From Pocillopora damicornis (lineage: Eukaryota): DNA of 64,000 nucleotides. The notes under the pieces are model-generated. The model did no database searches. It was not told the DNA's origin and saw only the letters and a program-made list of their open reading frames with translations. Positions 25,928 through 38,671 of this stretch are shown here, piece by piece (positions within the stretch are counted from its first letter, which is position 1; the number at the start of each line of letters is the position of its first letter). The position numbers were made by a program, and so were the translations under genes. The DNA lies in assembly GCF_003704095.1 (NCBI RefSeq), contig NW_020844984.1, positions 310,001 to 374,000 on the forward strand. Reading direction: 5' to 3'.

Positions 25928-28277
25928 GCTAAATTATTGATTTCCACCTGATTATGAATAAAGACAACGAATTTATATTGTAGAAGTCTTTTCGGGATGC
26001 TGAGACAAAACAAACTGATATTCAGTTTGATAAGGCCTTCTAAATTTTAACCACAAATTTGTATCTGATGTGCTTTGAAGCACTGTGTAACGGGCTAGCT
26101 TTATATTTTCGGGAGGTTTGTCATGTGGGCTGACCGATTAACTCAAGCATTTCACTTTCTGCTCGAGTTTCATTTGAAACAAACAACTTACATGAAATGA
26201 CTTAAAGAGCCAATAATGAAAATATAAAAAATAAACCGCGCAACATTTTAGCTGGTAATACCCAACCGTTACTGCTAAGATCATTCACATGATTCATTTA
26301 TTAATCCGCAGTTCACATATATGATTTTCAAAAATTCACACTCGGTCATTTGATACTCAAAACCAGGACACGTTTAGTTTTTCCTGTCGTTGATATGAAG
26401 CGAATACTCTTGATTTCTCATCAGGTTAATGCTGTATTCAACTTGAAATTTGCATGTGGTTGGGTGGATGGAAATTGTTATCTGCGGCAATTTTGATTGG
26501 GTAGCCATTTTAATCAGTTGATGAAAGCTTGTCAAATAAAGTCATCCTTGGCACGGAGTGAGGTAAAAAATTGAAATGAAAGTACCTCTGCTGTAATCGT
26601 CTTATATTTTTTGTTAATTATTTTTCCTGTTTTTCTTTTGTGACTTTCATGTCTTCTTTGCATCATTATTCAACAATAAAAACTTTTACATGACGTCAAC
26701 CACATGAGGTGAAAATTGGCATGCGCACAAGTCACACGGTGATTATTAGATTTATATCTGAGTTAAAAGCAGGAAGCTCTGCGTGATCTGTTCTTGTTTG
26801 TTTTGTTTTGTTTTTTCCTTTACCAATATTAGATGTTTTTTTCTCCTTTTAATGATTTTTCCACTTAGGTGGAAAATCTTTACATACAAGCTGCGACAGG
26901 TGGAATGTCTTTAACTACCTAAGATAGTTGGATACAAAATATATCGAGACTACGATATTGAGAGCTTCAAGGACTTGATTTGGAGACCGTCTAACATGTT
27001 ATCGCTGACATACAACGGAAAAAAATGGATCACTTATACAGAGGGACTAAAAACAGGGTAATCTTTATTTCCTTTCTTTATTATTTTAACATGTGGTTTC
27101 CATTTGCGAACATTACGTTATGTCCGCTACATGCTGCGAAAATTGGCCTACACCCAAAGACTTTATTTTATTGGACATAACCTGCTGCGGGACTAACGTG
27201 ATTGGCACACATTACTGTCACCGCATATCACATTGCCTGAATAATGTTGTTTTAAACAGCTTTGATCTAAAAAAAAACGTTTCGTTTAGTTTTTCGTCAT
27301 TCTGAAAGTAATCGTACCTGAAACCTCGAGGACGACGTCACCTTGAAATATCATGAAGTAATCCCAGCCCTAAGAATAAGAAAGGACTCTACTCCATAAG
27401 GTATAAATATTCAATAGTAGGTTACAGTTTGCCTTTCGTCTTTCATTTATATATATCAACTTTCGTATTTAGTTTTCACGCAATGTAAATATTTACAGAA
27501 ATATTTATGGAGTTTTGAGAGTAAAAAACCACCAAATTATGTTCCTCCGAAAGTAACGATAATTTTTTTCGGTTTTCACCAAATTCTTAAGCAACAGACT
27601 TAGATTTGGGCTTTTAAAACAAAGACCCTTTGAAAAATGCGATATTATGGTGGTATCACGCTTTTTAAATCGCAAAAAAACGTGAGAGGGATAAAAGATA
27701 TTGCAAGAGTTCTTTCAAAGTACGGGCAACCACCATAGAAACCTGAAACCTTGAAACCCCAAATTTAAAAAGGAGGAATCAACTCATTCAACAAAGACAG
27801 CAAATCTGTTTGTATTGGTGAATACTTAATGCATGCATTCATTTTCGTAAAGATTTTGCCAACCTCACACAGCTTTAAATACGAGAGAGGAAAAAAAAAG
27901 GCAGGAAAAGACAGAGACAAAAAGGAAAAGCTTTTCATTAAGTATCAGCCCGACGTACGGATAGGTAAGGCGTCTTATTCTAATGAATTAAGCGTCTCTT
28001 TACAGTATTTCAGCTTTTCTGTTTTCTTGTTTCTTTTTACTCTAAACGATCAAATAGAGACGAATTGTAATCAGTTTCAACAGTATTTGTCATGATGTCA
28101 AGCAGTGAATGCAAATTAGCCTTTACTGAAAAGCCTTTGGCTCCAATTTAATAGAAACTGTATCCACAATTGTTTCCAGACTTTGTTTGCTAATACAATT
28201 CAGTCGAAGCAACACTTTTACGTGACATTTACTTATTTGGCTGCTAGCCCTTCGCCAAACATCCACGATCGCTGGAA

Positions 28278-29327
28278 CTAATCCGTTGATGGGGTTAAAT
28301 CCTGTATGTTTTGAGATCGGACGTGTTGTACTGAATCAACAGAAGGGTGAATTCTAAGATTTGTAGAGTTCCGCCTGCTTAAAAGCTTAAAAGCGGCTCT
28401 TCTGAACTCGGATCTATAAAATGAGTAAATAAATGGATTAGCGGAAGACTGTAGATAAAGAGAAAGGAAGGCCAGCCTTAGAAACAAAGGACTCGCTAAT
28501 CCCGGTGGCTTGACGACATAACTAAGATTGTAAACAATTCTCGGAAGCCAACATAATACGAACATAAAGACAACTAAGACACAAGCTCTTGTTCCTTTTC
28601 TTCGTTTTCTTGTTTCATAAGTCGCTCTCCAGACTGCCCGTCTCCCTTGTTCGGTTCGTTCTCGTTCGTTTTGCGTTTTAATGGCCTTCATAATTTTCAC
28701 ATTAGCTACCATTAGTACAAGAATAGCGAAGATGACGAACACAATCACTAATATGGTGTCGTAAAGTTTGTTAGCGTAGCGCAATTCTTCGTTTATCTTG
28801 GAATGGTGCCAAGCGCTTCTTATTCCTGCCACGACGACGGGCGCCGTCCAAACTCCGGCCAAAATCATGATGACACGTCGCTTTGTCATTTTCGCGCCAT
28901 AATGAAGTGGTCGAACCACCGCCAGATAACGATCGTACGTGATAGCACATATATTAAAAGTCGTTGCGAGAAGAACACAATCCTTTGCTTTCCTAAAAAT
29001 CCAACAATATCCGGTTAAGGAATACTCGCAGCCATGGCTGCAATGTATAGCGTAAAATGGAACAACAAAAATCGCCATCAGTACATCCCAGAGCGATAAG
29101 CTTACAAGGAAGATATTCATGAAGATGTTTCGCAACCGTTTCGATACCAGCAGAACGATGCACGTGAAACTGTTCCCAATAAAAATAATGATTCCTACTG
29201 CAGAGTACAAGACCCAAAAAACCACTTCGACTTTTCTGTTGCAAGAACCATCTATGTGTAAGTTCACATCATCTGAATCGTCGCCAAATTCAGTGAGTTC
29301 TGCTAAGTTGCTCGTATTGATAGACAT
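28278..29327 (-). CDS. Class A orphan GPCR, cluster member 6, 349 aa, intronless
   Basis: 7TM; GN, LSLWD, DRY, CWLP, NPFIY, FRRA. Confidence 0.96.
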   Translation of the reverse strand: MSINTSNLAELTEFGDDSDDVNLHIDGSCNRKVEVVFWVLYSAVGIIIFIGNSFTCIVLLVSKRLRNIFMNIFLVSLSLWDVLMAIFVVPFYAIHCSHGCEYSLTGYCWIFRKAKDCVLLATTFNICAITYDRYLAVVRPLHYGAKMTKRRVIMILAGVWTAPVVVAGIRSAWHHSKINEELRYANKLYDTILVIVFVIFAILVLMVANVKIMKAIKTQNERERTEQGRRAVWRATYETRKRRKGTRACVLVVFMFVLCWLPRIVYNLSYVVKPPGLASPLFLRLAFLSLYLQSSANPFIYSFYRSEFRRAAFKLLSRRNSTNLRIHPSVDSVQHVRSQNIQDLTPSTD

Positions 29328-32300
29328 TTTGTACGTTTTAGATGCTTATTATTAGTAACCTTTCCTTCAACAGTTTCAACAATTTCGATCTTGAACGAAA
29401 CTGACCGTAACAGTCGAGGTAATTCACGATCTGCGGTTTTCGGTGAACAGCTTGACTCTAAAATATTTGTCCTAGATATTTTACTTATAATTGTAACCCA
29501 ACATAATATCTGCAAAATGTCAGTTGTGATTGACACTATTTTGAGGATTTTCGAATACTTCCTCGTCAAAGTGTACTTATACGCCAAATGCTAGTGTTAA
29601 AACGTCGGGTATAAAGTACATTGCACACTAGTGGCTTCCTTTCACACATTTTGGATGACAAATCTTATTTGCACAGCTAAAGGTTTTCAGGAATATTTAC
29701 CAAGTTTGGGGAAATTTCGGTACGTGTTTCCATCAAAGACGTCACTCTCGTCATAGCTAAATTTACTGCAGAGTTCATATTTCTCTTAGTGAATGAAATC
29801 ACTTTTAGAAATCGATGTTTGCTTGAAGCACCCGTGAAGAGTTTTCGGAAACAGAGCAGTGTTCGAATTCATTTTCAAATAGATATGGTTATTAACAAAA
29901 TGTATAGTGCATTGTGTTTTTCCTAATACCGCGTCCATGTTGACACTGCGCTTCATCGGTATTAAATGTCATTTCAAATTTTCAAAGATTCGAGCTAGGG
30001 AGGGTTGTAATTATTCTGCCAAGAAATGAAAATTGACCCGATTTGTCGGAAGTTAAAATCGAGAGTTACTGTAGCTTAAAGATATCGGAAACAAAATTGG
30101 TTCCAGTATGGAGTGGAGGAAAACCAAGGCAAGCAGCCACGCTTGATTCGAGTTGACATCTCAAGAAACCGTGGGTTCGTAAAGGCGGGAATGAGGAGAA
30201 ACTTTTTAGCTTCACTTAGATCGCGTTTGTTCCACGTAAGCTGTTGACCAATCGAAAAGAAAATGCCATTGAAACGAGTTAAGATGCTATTTAGAGCAAA
30301 CCAAATAGATAATCAGATTAAATTCATTTTCGCATGTTAATTTCTGACGCAAACAGTCACATGATCCCCCCCACGTGACCCCACCTTAACACCATTCTTC
30401 CTAAATGATAGCTTTGATTTAAAATGGGGAAAACGATTCCATATATGGATCGCTTACAAATTTGTCATTTTCTTAAGAATTTTGAATGATTGCTGTTTTG
30501 TTTGAGTTGTTTATGTAAAATTTTATGAAAATTAAACAGCCCCCAAAGCAAGTTGCGCCGTTCCGCTTTTGATCATCGGTGGTAGAAGACTCAAAATGAT
30601 CCTTTTTTTTTCTCTAATTTTTATCTGGTGCATGTTAGCAACTCAGCATCTCGAGAAGGAAGTGAAAAATCGAAATATCAACGTCCCATTTAAAATAGCA
30701 TCTATCCCACACGAGTAAATAAAGATCATTATTTCACCTCCGTCGACTGAGATCAAATCGTTGACGTCATAAGGGGGCTATTATCGTCATTAGGTATTTT
30801 CCATTTGTATTTTCCTATCAACAATCCACTGATATGTTTACGAACACTTGAGTCAAATTGGAATTTTCCCATTATCAACACGATACCCTCTCAAATCTTA
30901 CGAACAATTTCGTTAGCATCTAAATGAGCAAAAATCGTCACTTTTTTGTTTTTTCTGTCTTTTCCATGAACGCCTAAGCACCCACATAGATTTCAAGGTA
31001 AACATCTCTGTATGTTAATGCTTAAAACATCCAGATATCACGACCATATCAGGTAAATTCTAAAATTAGATTTTTTCTTCCTGTGAGTAAATCTTTATCT
31101 GACTCGACTTATGGCCAAGAAAGTAAACCCTTCCATTCAACTTTCCTCAGAAGACGATCGAAATACTACCCCAGTTTCGTGTTGCATCCAGTGGTCATGA
31201 TACGGAGGAAAGCAACTGAGTAAACTTTGTGGAGACTTGGGTAAAGATCCCTTGTCAAATCTTCGACAGTTTGTTTAATTTTTCTCAAATGATAAAATTT
31301 CGGCACGCATTGATAAAGATATGAATCACGTCACCGACCTTTTAGTATTTTGATCACAGAGCCTAAAGTCACAAAACACAAACTTTATTAAACAATTCCT
31401 TCTCAGGTTTTGTTTTGCATGATAGATTTAGTGCGTTCTGTAAGTTCCAAGCGTAAGCTTGGAGCTCTTGTGACAGAAAAACTTGCACTTGAATTATTTG
31501 ACGTCAAAATATCATGATAAGCATTTTATTTTATTTATTTTACGCAGAAAAATGGAAAAGTGTATATTATTTTTGTGTCACCCTTTGAGGTCATTTTGTC
31601 GCAAAAACAACAACGCTTTCTGACGCGTTTTACAAAAAATTTGATTAGATTTAATTCTTTTATTAAATGACGCGTCACGAATCAAACGGGTAAATTTTCC
31701 TTCGTCGAAAATTTAAGTGTGCAATATAAATTTCTGTTATTGAATTAAGTTCAGTAAAAGAAATTGAAAGAAAAAAAGCAAGGAAGAAGATTGATCTAGA
31801 CTTTAGCCGAAACAAAATCTCGAATGAATACTATTTCTTGGTTTTTGAATGGAACTGTGGAAATCAATTGCGCCCCGGTGGAAACTAACAACAATCTGAA
31901 TGCCAATTTTTATGTAAAATTTTTCGCAAGGAGCCTTATAGGTTGACATATTTATTGAACATGGGCTGAAAACACAAACAACTTCCTGAGGCACGCAAGC
32001 AATAACCCAGCAGTCTTCTGGAAACAAGATTAAATTTCACTCAGAACAAAAGCACTAGTTTTTGGGCGTTTTATAATCCACTCATTACAGAAGAAACACT
32101 AGGCTCTTTGATTGCGGAACAAAGTGCGCGAGACAAAAGTAAAGATTTCAATGTCCACGGGAAATGCTGTTATCTATTTACGAATCTCGAAATAGGTAAG
32201 TCATCTACATATGAATGTATTTTGACAGGTTTTTGGCTATTAAGGAAATAATGTGACGAATTCGCTAACGTCAAAGAAGAGCACACCTGGTGATCATACA

Positions 32301-32413
32301 GGAAAAAAATAAAAGAAAACCACATCGCCTTTAGCACCATTGTTACAAAGAAAACCTATCGATATCACGGAATCCTTACTGCGAGTAATTCACTTGCGGG
32401 AGAAGATCTCGGC

Positions 32414-33382
32414 ATGGAGGGAATTTCAACGAATATCTCCTCCTTGCTTGGCAATCCCAATCACACTACGACAGAAACCTGTGATGAAACTTTACAGAAG
32501 ATTTTTTGGGTCGTAAATGGCGTCTTGGCTTTGATCATTTTTGCGGGAAACACTCTAACTTGTGTGATCTTTCTGTCCACTACGATTCTTCGACAACAGA
32601 TCATGAACATCTTCCTTGTCAGCTTAGCAGTTAGTGATATTCTCATGGCCATTATGGTCGTCCCAGGTTACACCGTATTCTGCGCGGGCTGTAAGTACCT
32701 CTCCACGGACACTTGCTGGATTCTAGCGCAGACCAAAGACATCGTGTTCAGTTCGTCCTTTTTCAGCCTATTAGCCATCACGTACGATAGATATTTGGCG
32801 GTGTTACGCCCTTTGCAGTACAGCAGCAAAATGACTAGAACCAAAGTCACTTGTATGGTGATAGCCATTTGGGTTATTCCTGCTCTCGTTGCCACCGCAA
32901 GAAATATATGGTGGCAGACGCAAGAGGAAGAAAAAGCTAAGGTTATCAATCAGGTTTATAACGTAATACTAGTTTTTCTCCTCGTTGTGTTACCAGCTAT
33001 TATAATGACCGTTGTCAACTCGATGATTATTCGCGCCATTCGGACGCAGCGAAGGAAAACGATTCCCATGAGAGACTCATTAAGCTCGACCTCGACCGTT
33101 CAGGAATCTTCATGTGAGGAAACACGCGCTGCAAGTGTTAGAAAACGAAAAGGAACCAGTGCATGTGCTGCAGTTGTTTTAGTGTTTGTGTTGTCATGGG
33201 TTCCCCGCTCAATCTACAACTTCGCTTTTGTGGTTGGTCGTGCTGATCTGGTCACTCCCCTTCTGGTAAAACTGTCCATGTTTTTTCTTCTTTTGCAGTC
33301 ATGCGTGAATCCTTTCATTTACTCATTTTACAGGACGGATTTTCGGCAGGCCGCTAAACGACTGTTTAAATTTTGCCATTAA
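32414..33382 (+). CDS. Class A orphan GPCR, cluster member 7, 322 aa, intronless
   Basis: 7TM; GN, LAVSD, DRY, SWVP, NPFIY, FRQA. Confidence 0.96.
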   Translation: MEGISTNISSLLGNPNHTTTETCDETLQKIFWVVNGVLALIIFAGNTLTCVIFLSTTILRQQIMNIFLVSLAVSDILMAIMVVPGYTVFCAGCKYLSTDTCWILAQTKDIVFSSSFFSLLAITYDRYLAVLRPLQYSSKMTRTKVTCMVIAIWVIPALVATARNIWWQTQEEEKAKVINQVYNVILVFLLVVLPAIIMTVVNSMIIRAIRTQRRKTIPMRDSLSSTSTVQESSCEETRAASVRKRKGTSACAAVVLVFVLSWVPRSIYNFAFVVGRADLVTPLLVKLSMFFLLLQSCVNPFIYSFYRTDFRQAAKRLFKFCH

Positions 33383-34141
33383 GGAAAAGGCCGCATACGT
33401 GTAATCTATCTCAAGAGACCGTTCAACTTGTGGGTGGCCATGTTTTTTTTGCCTCTTTTTAAATTTCTTTTTCATTTTTCTGATCAAAGAAAACAAGCTG
33501 TTCATTTCGATTTCAGCTGCTTGTGTTTTCTAAGTTGCAGAACCAAGAGAGTTCTGACCGAGCATATTTGGGATGTGGGGAAAAGTTAACGATCTACTCC
33601 TTGTTATAGATTGACTTGTTAATAAGTCTATAATCTTTTTCGCAGATTTATTATAAACTTAGAACATTATTTACATAAACGACTCAAATTTCCGCCGATT
33701 GCATGGCTGTATTTGTAATGTCTTAACAATCAGATGTAGAGAGCGATAGTATTAGATACGAAATTTGTTTATTAAGCACCGAATTGCACAGTTTTGATCA
33801 AGCAGTCAGCCGTTTGGTTGCCCTTTGGGTTGCTGCTGAAGCGTTAGAGACGTAAAAAAATTTGCGCTGAAGGAGCTGACCATCTTTGACTTTTCTTTGA
33901 GTCATTGAAATCTGTTGGGAATGAAGAAAACTTATTGAGGGTACAAGAACACCAAAGATCGAGGGTTACGGATGAAGAAGATTAAGGCTTCCTAAAAATG
34001 TTCATCTTGGAAATTTCGAGCTGAATCTTTCCATGATGCACAATCCGTGACGTAGCTTCTTTAACGACCCTTTCAGCACTCGAAGTGATCAGCTTTAAAT
34101 TCTCCATCATTGGCTTTCTTGTTCCTCCTTACGATCGATGC

Positions 34142-34406
34142 TTAGTCATTTTCAATTGAGTGTGGAAACTAATCCGGTATCGCATTGGTTTTGCTTCACT
34201 TTGCTCTGTGATTGGCCCAATAAACTCGCGCCACCCTCTCAGTTAACCAATCAGATGCAAAACTAAACCCAATCACGACCCCGTTTTCCCGCGCTTCTAG
34301 CAGCTTTGAGTTCTCATTGGCACTTGAGATTATTTGCCTTTTTTCTGATTGGTTGTTGTGATTACCTTAGTTTTGGTTTTACGACACTCAATCGAACAAC
34401 GCTCTA
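34142..34406. mobile_element. CCAAT/ATTGG-rich dispersed repeat (MITE-like); related copies at ~49500-49640, 61470-61750 and 62200-62450
   Basis: Ends TTTTCAATTGAGTGT..AAA / TTTTACGACACTCAAT; internal GATTGG..CGCGCCAC..CCAATCAGAT..CGTTTTCCCGCGCT recurs in the other copies. Confidence 0.7.
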
Positions 34407-35372
34407 TACCAGCATGCGATAATTCCTTTAGGCTGAATGTTCCACGGTTGAAAGCGATTTTTCACGTAGTAAAAACGTTGCTAAATATCTTGACGTAGCT
34501 AGAGGAAAACTAGACTTCTTAGTTTTTTAGCATTGAATTAAACTCGGTAAATGAAGCCTGGATATCAAACTCTTTGTAATTTCAATTAAGGAAATACTTA
34601 TTGACTCGGTTTCAATACCGACTTGCGTTCATTAACATAAAAAAACTGTCGTATTCATCGTTCATGTAAAGGGAAGTGAAAGAAATATCTATTAAACATG
34701 AATTCTTGAACAGTTGTCCTGATAAATTCCTCTTTGATAAGCCGCTTACCGACGTTTGTCGGCTACGTTTTGCCAAATATTTCATTCAGACAATTGTAGT
34801 GCAAGTGTACGTTAGCTCAAGAAGCCCTTAGAGGTCACGAAATATGTAAGAAGGCTTGAAAACTGCACAGTAACACGGAAAAAAAGAAAAATCTTGAAAG
34901 CACTCTATCACCACCAACGACAGCAACAACACTTCATTTGGACACCTAACGTGTTGTAGCTGTACAAGGTCGTTCAAAATACGTACGTGTAACACAATAC
35001 ACAATAAACATATCTTTGCATTCTTAAAACTGAGGAACCTAGTTTTCTCTGGCACAAACTTTTATCGTACACCCGTAAACCGATAGAAACTGCGCTCTAC
35101 AGACGAACCTGTATTAAGCAGTCACCCTTAACAGGTTCCACAGATTAGGGTTAATATAAAAAAAACGATAACAACGCCGCTTTACGCCATAATCACATAA
35201 TTTACAAAATCTCGTTTGAAGATACTACTTATTTTGATTTTGGGAGAGAAACATGGCTTAAAAATTACTTGAAAGATTATTCTTAGTTTTATTTGAGTGG
35301 TTCCGCTTTCTGTGACCTTTCAACACAGGTGGAGCCGTTGGGACTTAGTAAAGGGTGACTGCGACTGCTTAA

Positions 35373-35576
35373 CCCTTTAACTCTCGTGAGTGACCAAGTC
35401 TGAATTTCTCCTTACAATATCAATACAATATCATGCAGACAAGTGATGAGAATAAAGAAAAATACCAATTATGGGACTACTAGTTGATCCGATACAAAAT
35501 TCTCCAAACTAACATAATGAGAATCATTTGGCAGACAGTAAGGAGAATTACTAATCAGATCTTGGGAGTTGAAGGG
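35373..35576. mobile_element. piggyBac-type MITE
   Basis: TTAA|CCCTTTAACTC ... GAGTTGAAGGG|TTAA, perfect TTAA target duplication. Confidence 0.85.
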
Positions 35577-35655
35577 TTAAAAGAGGTGAAAATTACAGTG
35601 ATTAAAAGGAAACAATTTCGGAACTCTGACAACTGATCGTTCGATAGGGTACCGC

Positions 35656-36007
35656 TAGGAGCCCATTATCCGGAGCCTCCATACCAATTGTACCCTTGAG
35701 TCAACCCTGTCCCGTATTTTTTTTATTTTTAGAACTGAGATTTGGGGGGGGGTTCTTTAATTTTCCGCGAAAACACGCTGACGTTCGCATTAACTTTCCA
35801 CGCTTTTCGCCATTATTATTAAACACCGTTCGTGCGGCCTGCATGTGACGTAAACAATAGAGGACCACAGCTCTCTTGTGATTGGCTATTATGTTAAACA
35901 CCCGCGAAAAACCCTGTAGGAGGTGCTTCTAAAAATAAAAAGATACGGGACAGGGTTGACTCAGAGGGTAAGTATGGAAGATGGAAGCTCCGAGTGATGG
36001 GCTCCTA
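35656..36007. mobile_element. MITE with ~70-bp TIRs and 7-bp target-site duplication GTACCGC
   Basis: TAGGAGCCCAT..GGAGC..GAGTCAACCCTGTCCCGTAT / ATACGGGACAGGGTTGACTC..GCTCC..ATGGGCTCCTA; GTACCGC at 35649-35655 and 36008-36014. Confidence 0.85.
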
Positions 36008-37167
36008 GTACCGCTTTATGCAAGTTCGACTGTATTTCTTTAATAAAATAACTTTCAATTTTCTATGGGTTTTGCTGGTTCAATAAACGATAGGCTTTTG
36101 ACCAATCAAGAGGCTCGTAGCATCTCAGTTACTGTGTAATCTAAGACAACCATCTGAATCTCTTTTGTATCCCTTCCTCTATTCCAATCCCATGAATAAT
36201 CTTCAATAAAGCAAACATCCGAGGAACGGATCTATGGGCAGATTGCTTCCGATAAAATCTGAAGACAACAGCCGTAGAACGTTCAGAGAGAGTTCCCGAA
36301 TCATAGAAAAACCCACGCATGTCAGCAGGGTTTGGTGAACACCAAAAGCTTTATAATTAAGTAAATTAACGCTGTTTTTGCAGTGCTGCTATATCACCAA
36401 GTTGGATTGAACAGATAGCCTCGATGACTTTCACCAACGAAGACTGTCGAAGATTTCCGAAGAATTTTCTGAGGGTGACGCGGGTTCTTCTAAATAAAAA
36501 AAATACCCAGTGCCTGTGAAAATGATAGCTCAACATTAAAAGAACTAAATTAAAACTGACGATTGAAACGAAAGTAAATATCGGGTGTTATGGCATTAAT
36601 GATGGTCTGGGTTTTTTTTATAATTGATCAGCCAAAATGAATTAAACCGAGATAAGTGTTTACACATGCTAATCTTATCGTGCATTTGCATACGTCAACT
36701 TGAGAACTAAGAAAATTAAAAAGTAAAAGGCCATCTATTTCTTGAACTTTTTTTTTCCGCGGAAGAAATATTTACCCATCACGAGAAATTTCATTAAGAG
36801 AGTCGAGCGGCAACACCTTTATACATCAAAAACAAGAGGCCGAGTGAAAGTCGGTTGCTGGCGGTCTACCGACGCCTGTAAGACTTCTCATCGCCTGTGA
36901 TCAGCTTGCGTGTAGGCTCTCGTGTCGTTTGGGTTTCATTTCGTGGCACAGCAGCCTATAACACAATCGGCAGCCACTTATGGAAGAAGTTATTGAACCC
37001 CTGAAAAAATAAGCGCGTTTTTCTTCCTAAACTGTTTTGAAAGTGTCTTGAATGTATTTAGAGCGGTCGTGTTTTGTGTATTCATGTGTATTCATGTTGA
37101 AGTCGACAAAGATGTTTGCCAATTAGTGTCTGTGTATTTAATCAAAGCAGTTGTCTTATGCATTGAA

Positions 37168-37371
37168 CCCTTAAACTCCCAAGATCTGATTGTTAATTCT
37201 CCCCTGTAGCTGCTACACATTTCCTTATAAATTTGTTATGAGAACTTGGTGCTAGATCAAGATAGCAGCTTCTACCTGATAAGTTTGAATATTCTTATTA
37301 CCTGTTTGCTGAAGAATGTACGGATATTGTAGGGAGAAGTTTTATGTTAATCACTTCTGGGACTTAAAGGG
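37168..37371. mobile_element. piggyBac-type MITE
   Basis: TGAA|CCCTTAAACTCCCAAGATC ... TGGGACTTAAAGGG|TTAA. Confidence 0.8.
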
Positions 37372-37375
37372 TTAA

Positions 37376-37575
37376 GGGTATTTGGTATTATCACAAGGCA
37401 ACTGACTTGATAACGTAAATTGGCCACTGTATAGAGTTTCAGCTTTGAAACTCTTTACGGTGGCCAATGTACGTTATCAACTCAATTGCCTTGTGATAAT
37501 ACCAAATTACTCTGTTAAACTCTCTCAACGACGCAGCGCCATAGTTTTGTTTTTGAAACTCACCCCCTTCGTTCT
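37376..37575. mobile_element. Penelope-like fold-back (inverted dimer) repeat
   Basis: TTTGGTATTATCACAAGGCAA..TTGATAACGTA..TGGCCAC..AGAGTTTC / GAAACTCT..GTGGCCA..TACGTTATCAA..TTGCCTTGTGATAATACCAAA. Confidence 0.7.
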
Positions 37576-38671
37576 ATTATGTATTTAAGTTGGAAAAGAC
37601 AATGGAGGTCGCCAAATCTTAAGGATCATGCATTTTTCGAGAGAATATCTCGACTTCAAGCCGTGATGTCACCCAAACAAATAGGCCATTTTAATTATAT
37701 TAATATTCGCCAAGGAATACAAATTTTTCAAATGGCAGATAAAATTGTCAGCAGTGGGTGATACGTTAGTTTGGCTTTTATTTACGTACATTTGCTCACA
37801 AATTGACAGTTCGCGTATGCTGTACGAAGTAGGCAATTTCTACGTCAGCGAATAAAGCAATTATTTTGCGTAAAAGGATTGTCTGAGGATTTTGAACAAA
37901 TCTGAAAACAGATTGAAATGGATTCCTTCTTTCTACTCGGGGGCAACAGTTGCGAAGACAAAGCTTTAACAGAAAATATAACCTGTTTCATCTCCAGAAT
38001 TAAATCTTATTAGGTTGCTGTTATTTATGTCCACATTTTCGAAAGCTTTACCTTCCTTCAAACAAATTACGAATTTCGCTGCGTGTCAATTGATTTAATT
38101 GTCTTTCGAAATTTTTTGAGACAAACACGGATGCAAATATATAAATACACGATCTCTTTCAAAGAATCAGTTCAGGTCAGTTCTAGCTATTTTATTATCA
38201 CTGGCGCTTGATGCTCAAGTGAGATTTTTAATGTTGAAGGATTGATGCATTTTTAAAAGAAGATTTGTTCCGAAAATTGGATATCAAATGAAGGATGACT
38301 ATAGGACTGGACCACCTGGTCAGCATTCTGGCAATAGTCCACTTGCGATTGAATCATTAACAACAAGATTATTCGTCAGTTAAAACTAGGCTTAAATTAT
38401 TAAATGAAATCAAGCTTTGAACAGTCATCGCGTTGTTACTTCTTATTTCAAAACAGGCCTCTTCATTCCTAAAATGATAAAACTTTTAGTCAAGCATTTC
38501 ACAAATTGTATTATTAAAACTGTACACTTTGGAAAAACAGATTATGTCATCGATAGCGTGTATATCAAACGAGACATCTCGTCGCAAAAACATAGCTGTT
38601 GGCCTTTTTCTAATTGCATTATGCATAACAAATGAAATAAAACAGACACTATTGACAACATGAGTTTCCAA

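Larger units (their letters stand above)
35100..36032. mobile_element. TA-flanked Tc1/mariner-type MITE carrying two nested insertions
   Basis: TA|CAGACGAACCTGTATTAAGCAGT ... ACCGCTTTATGCAAGTTCGACTG|TA; a related end lies at ~50035-50060. Confidence 0.65.
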
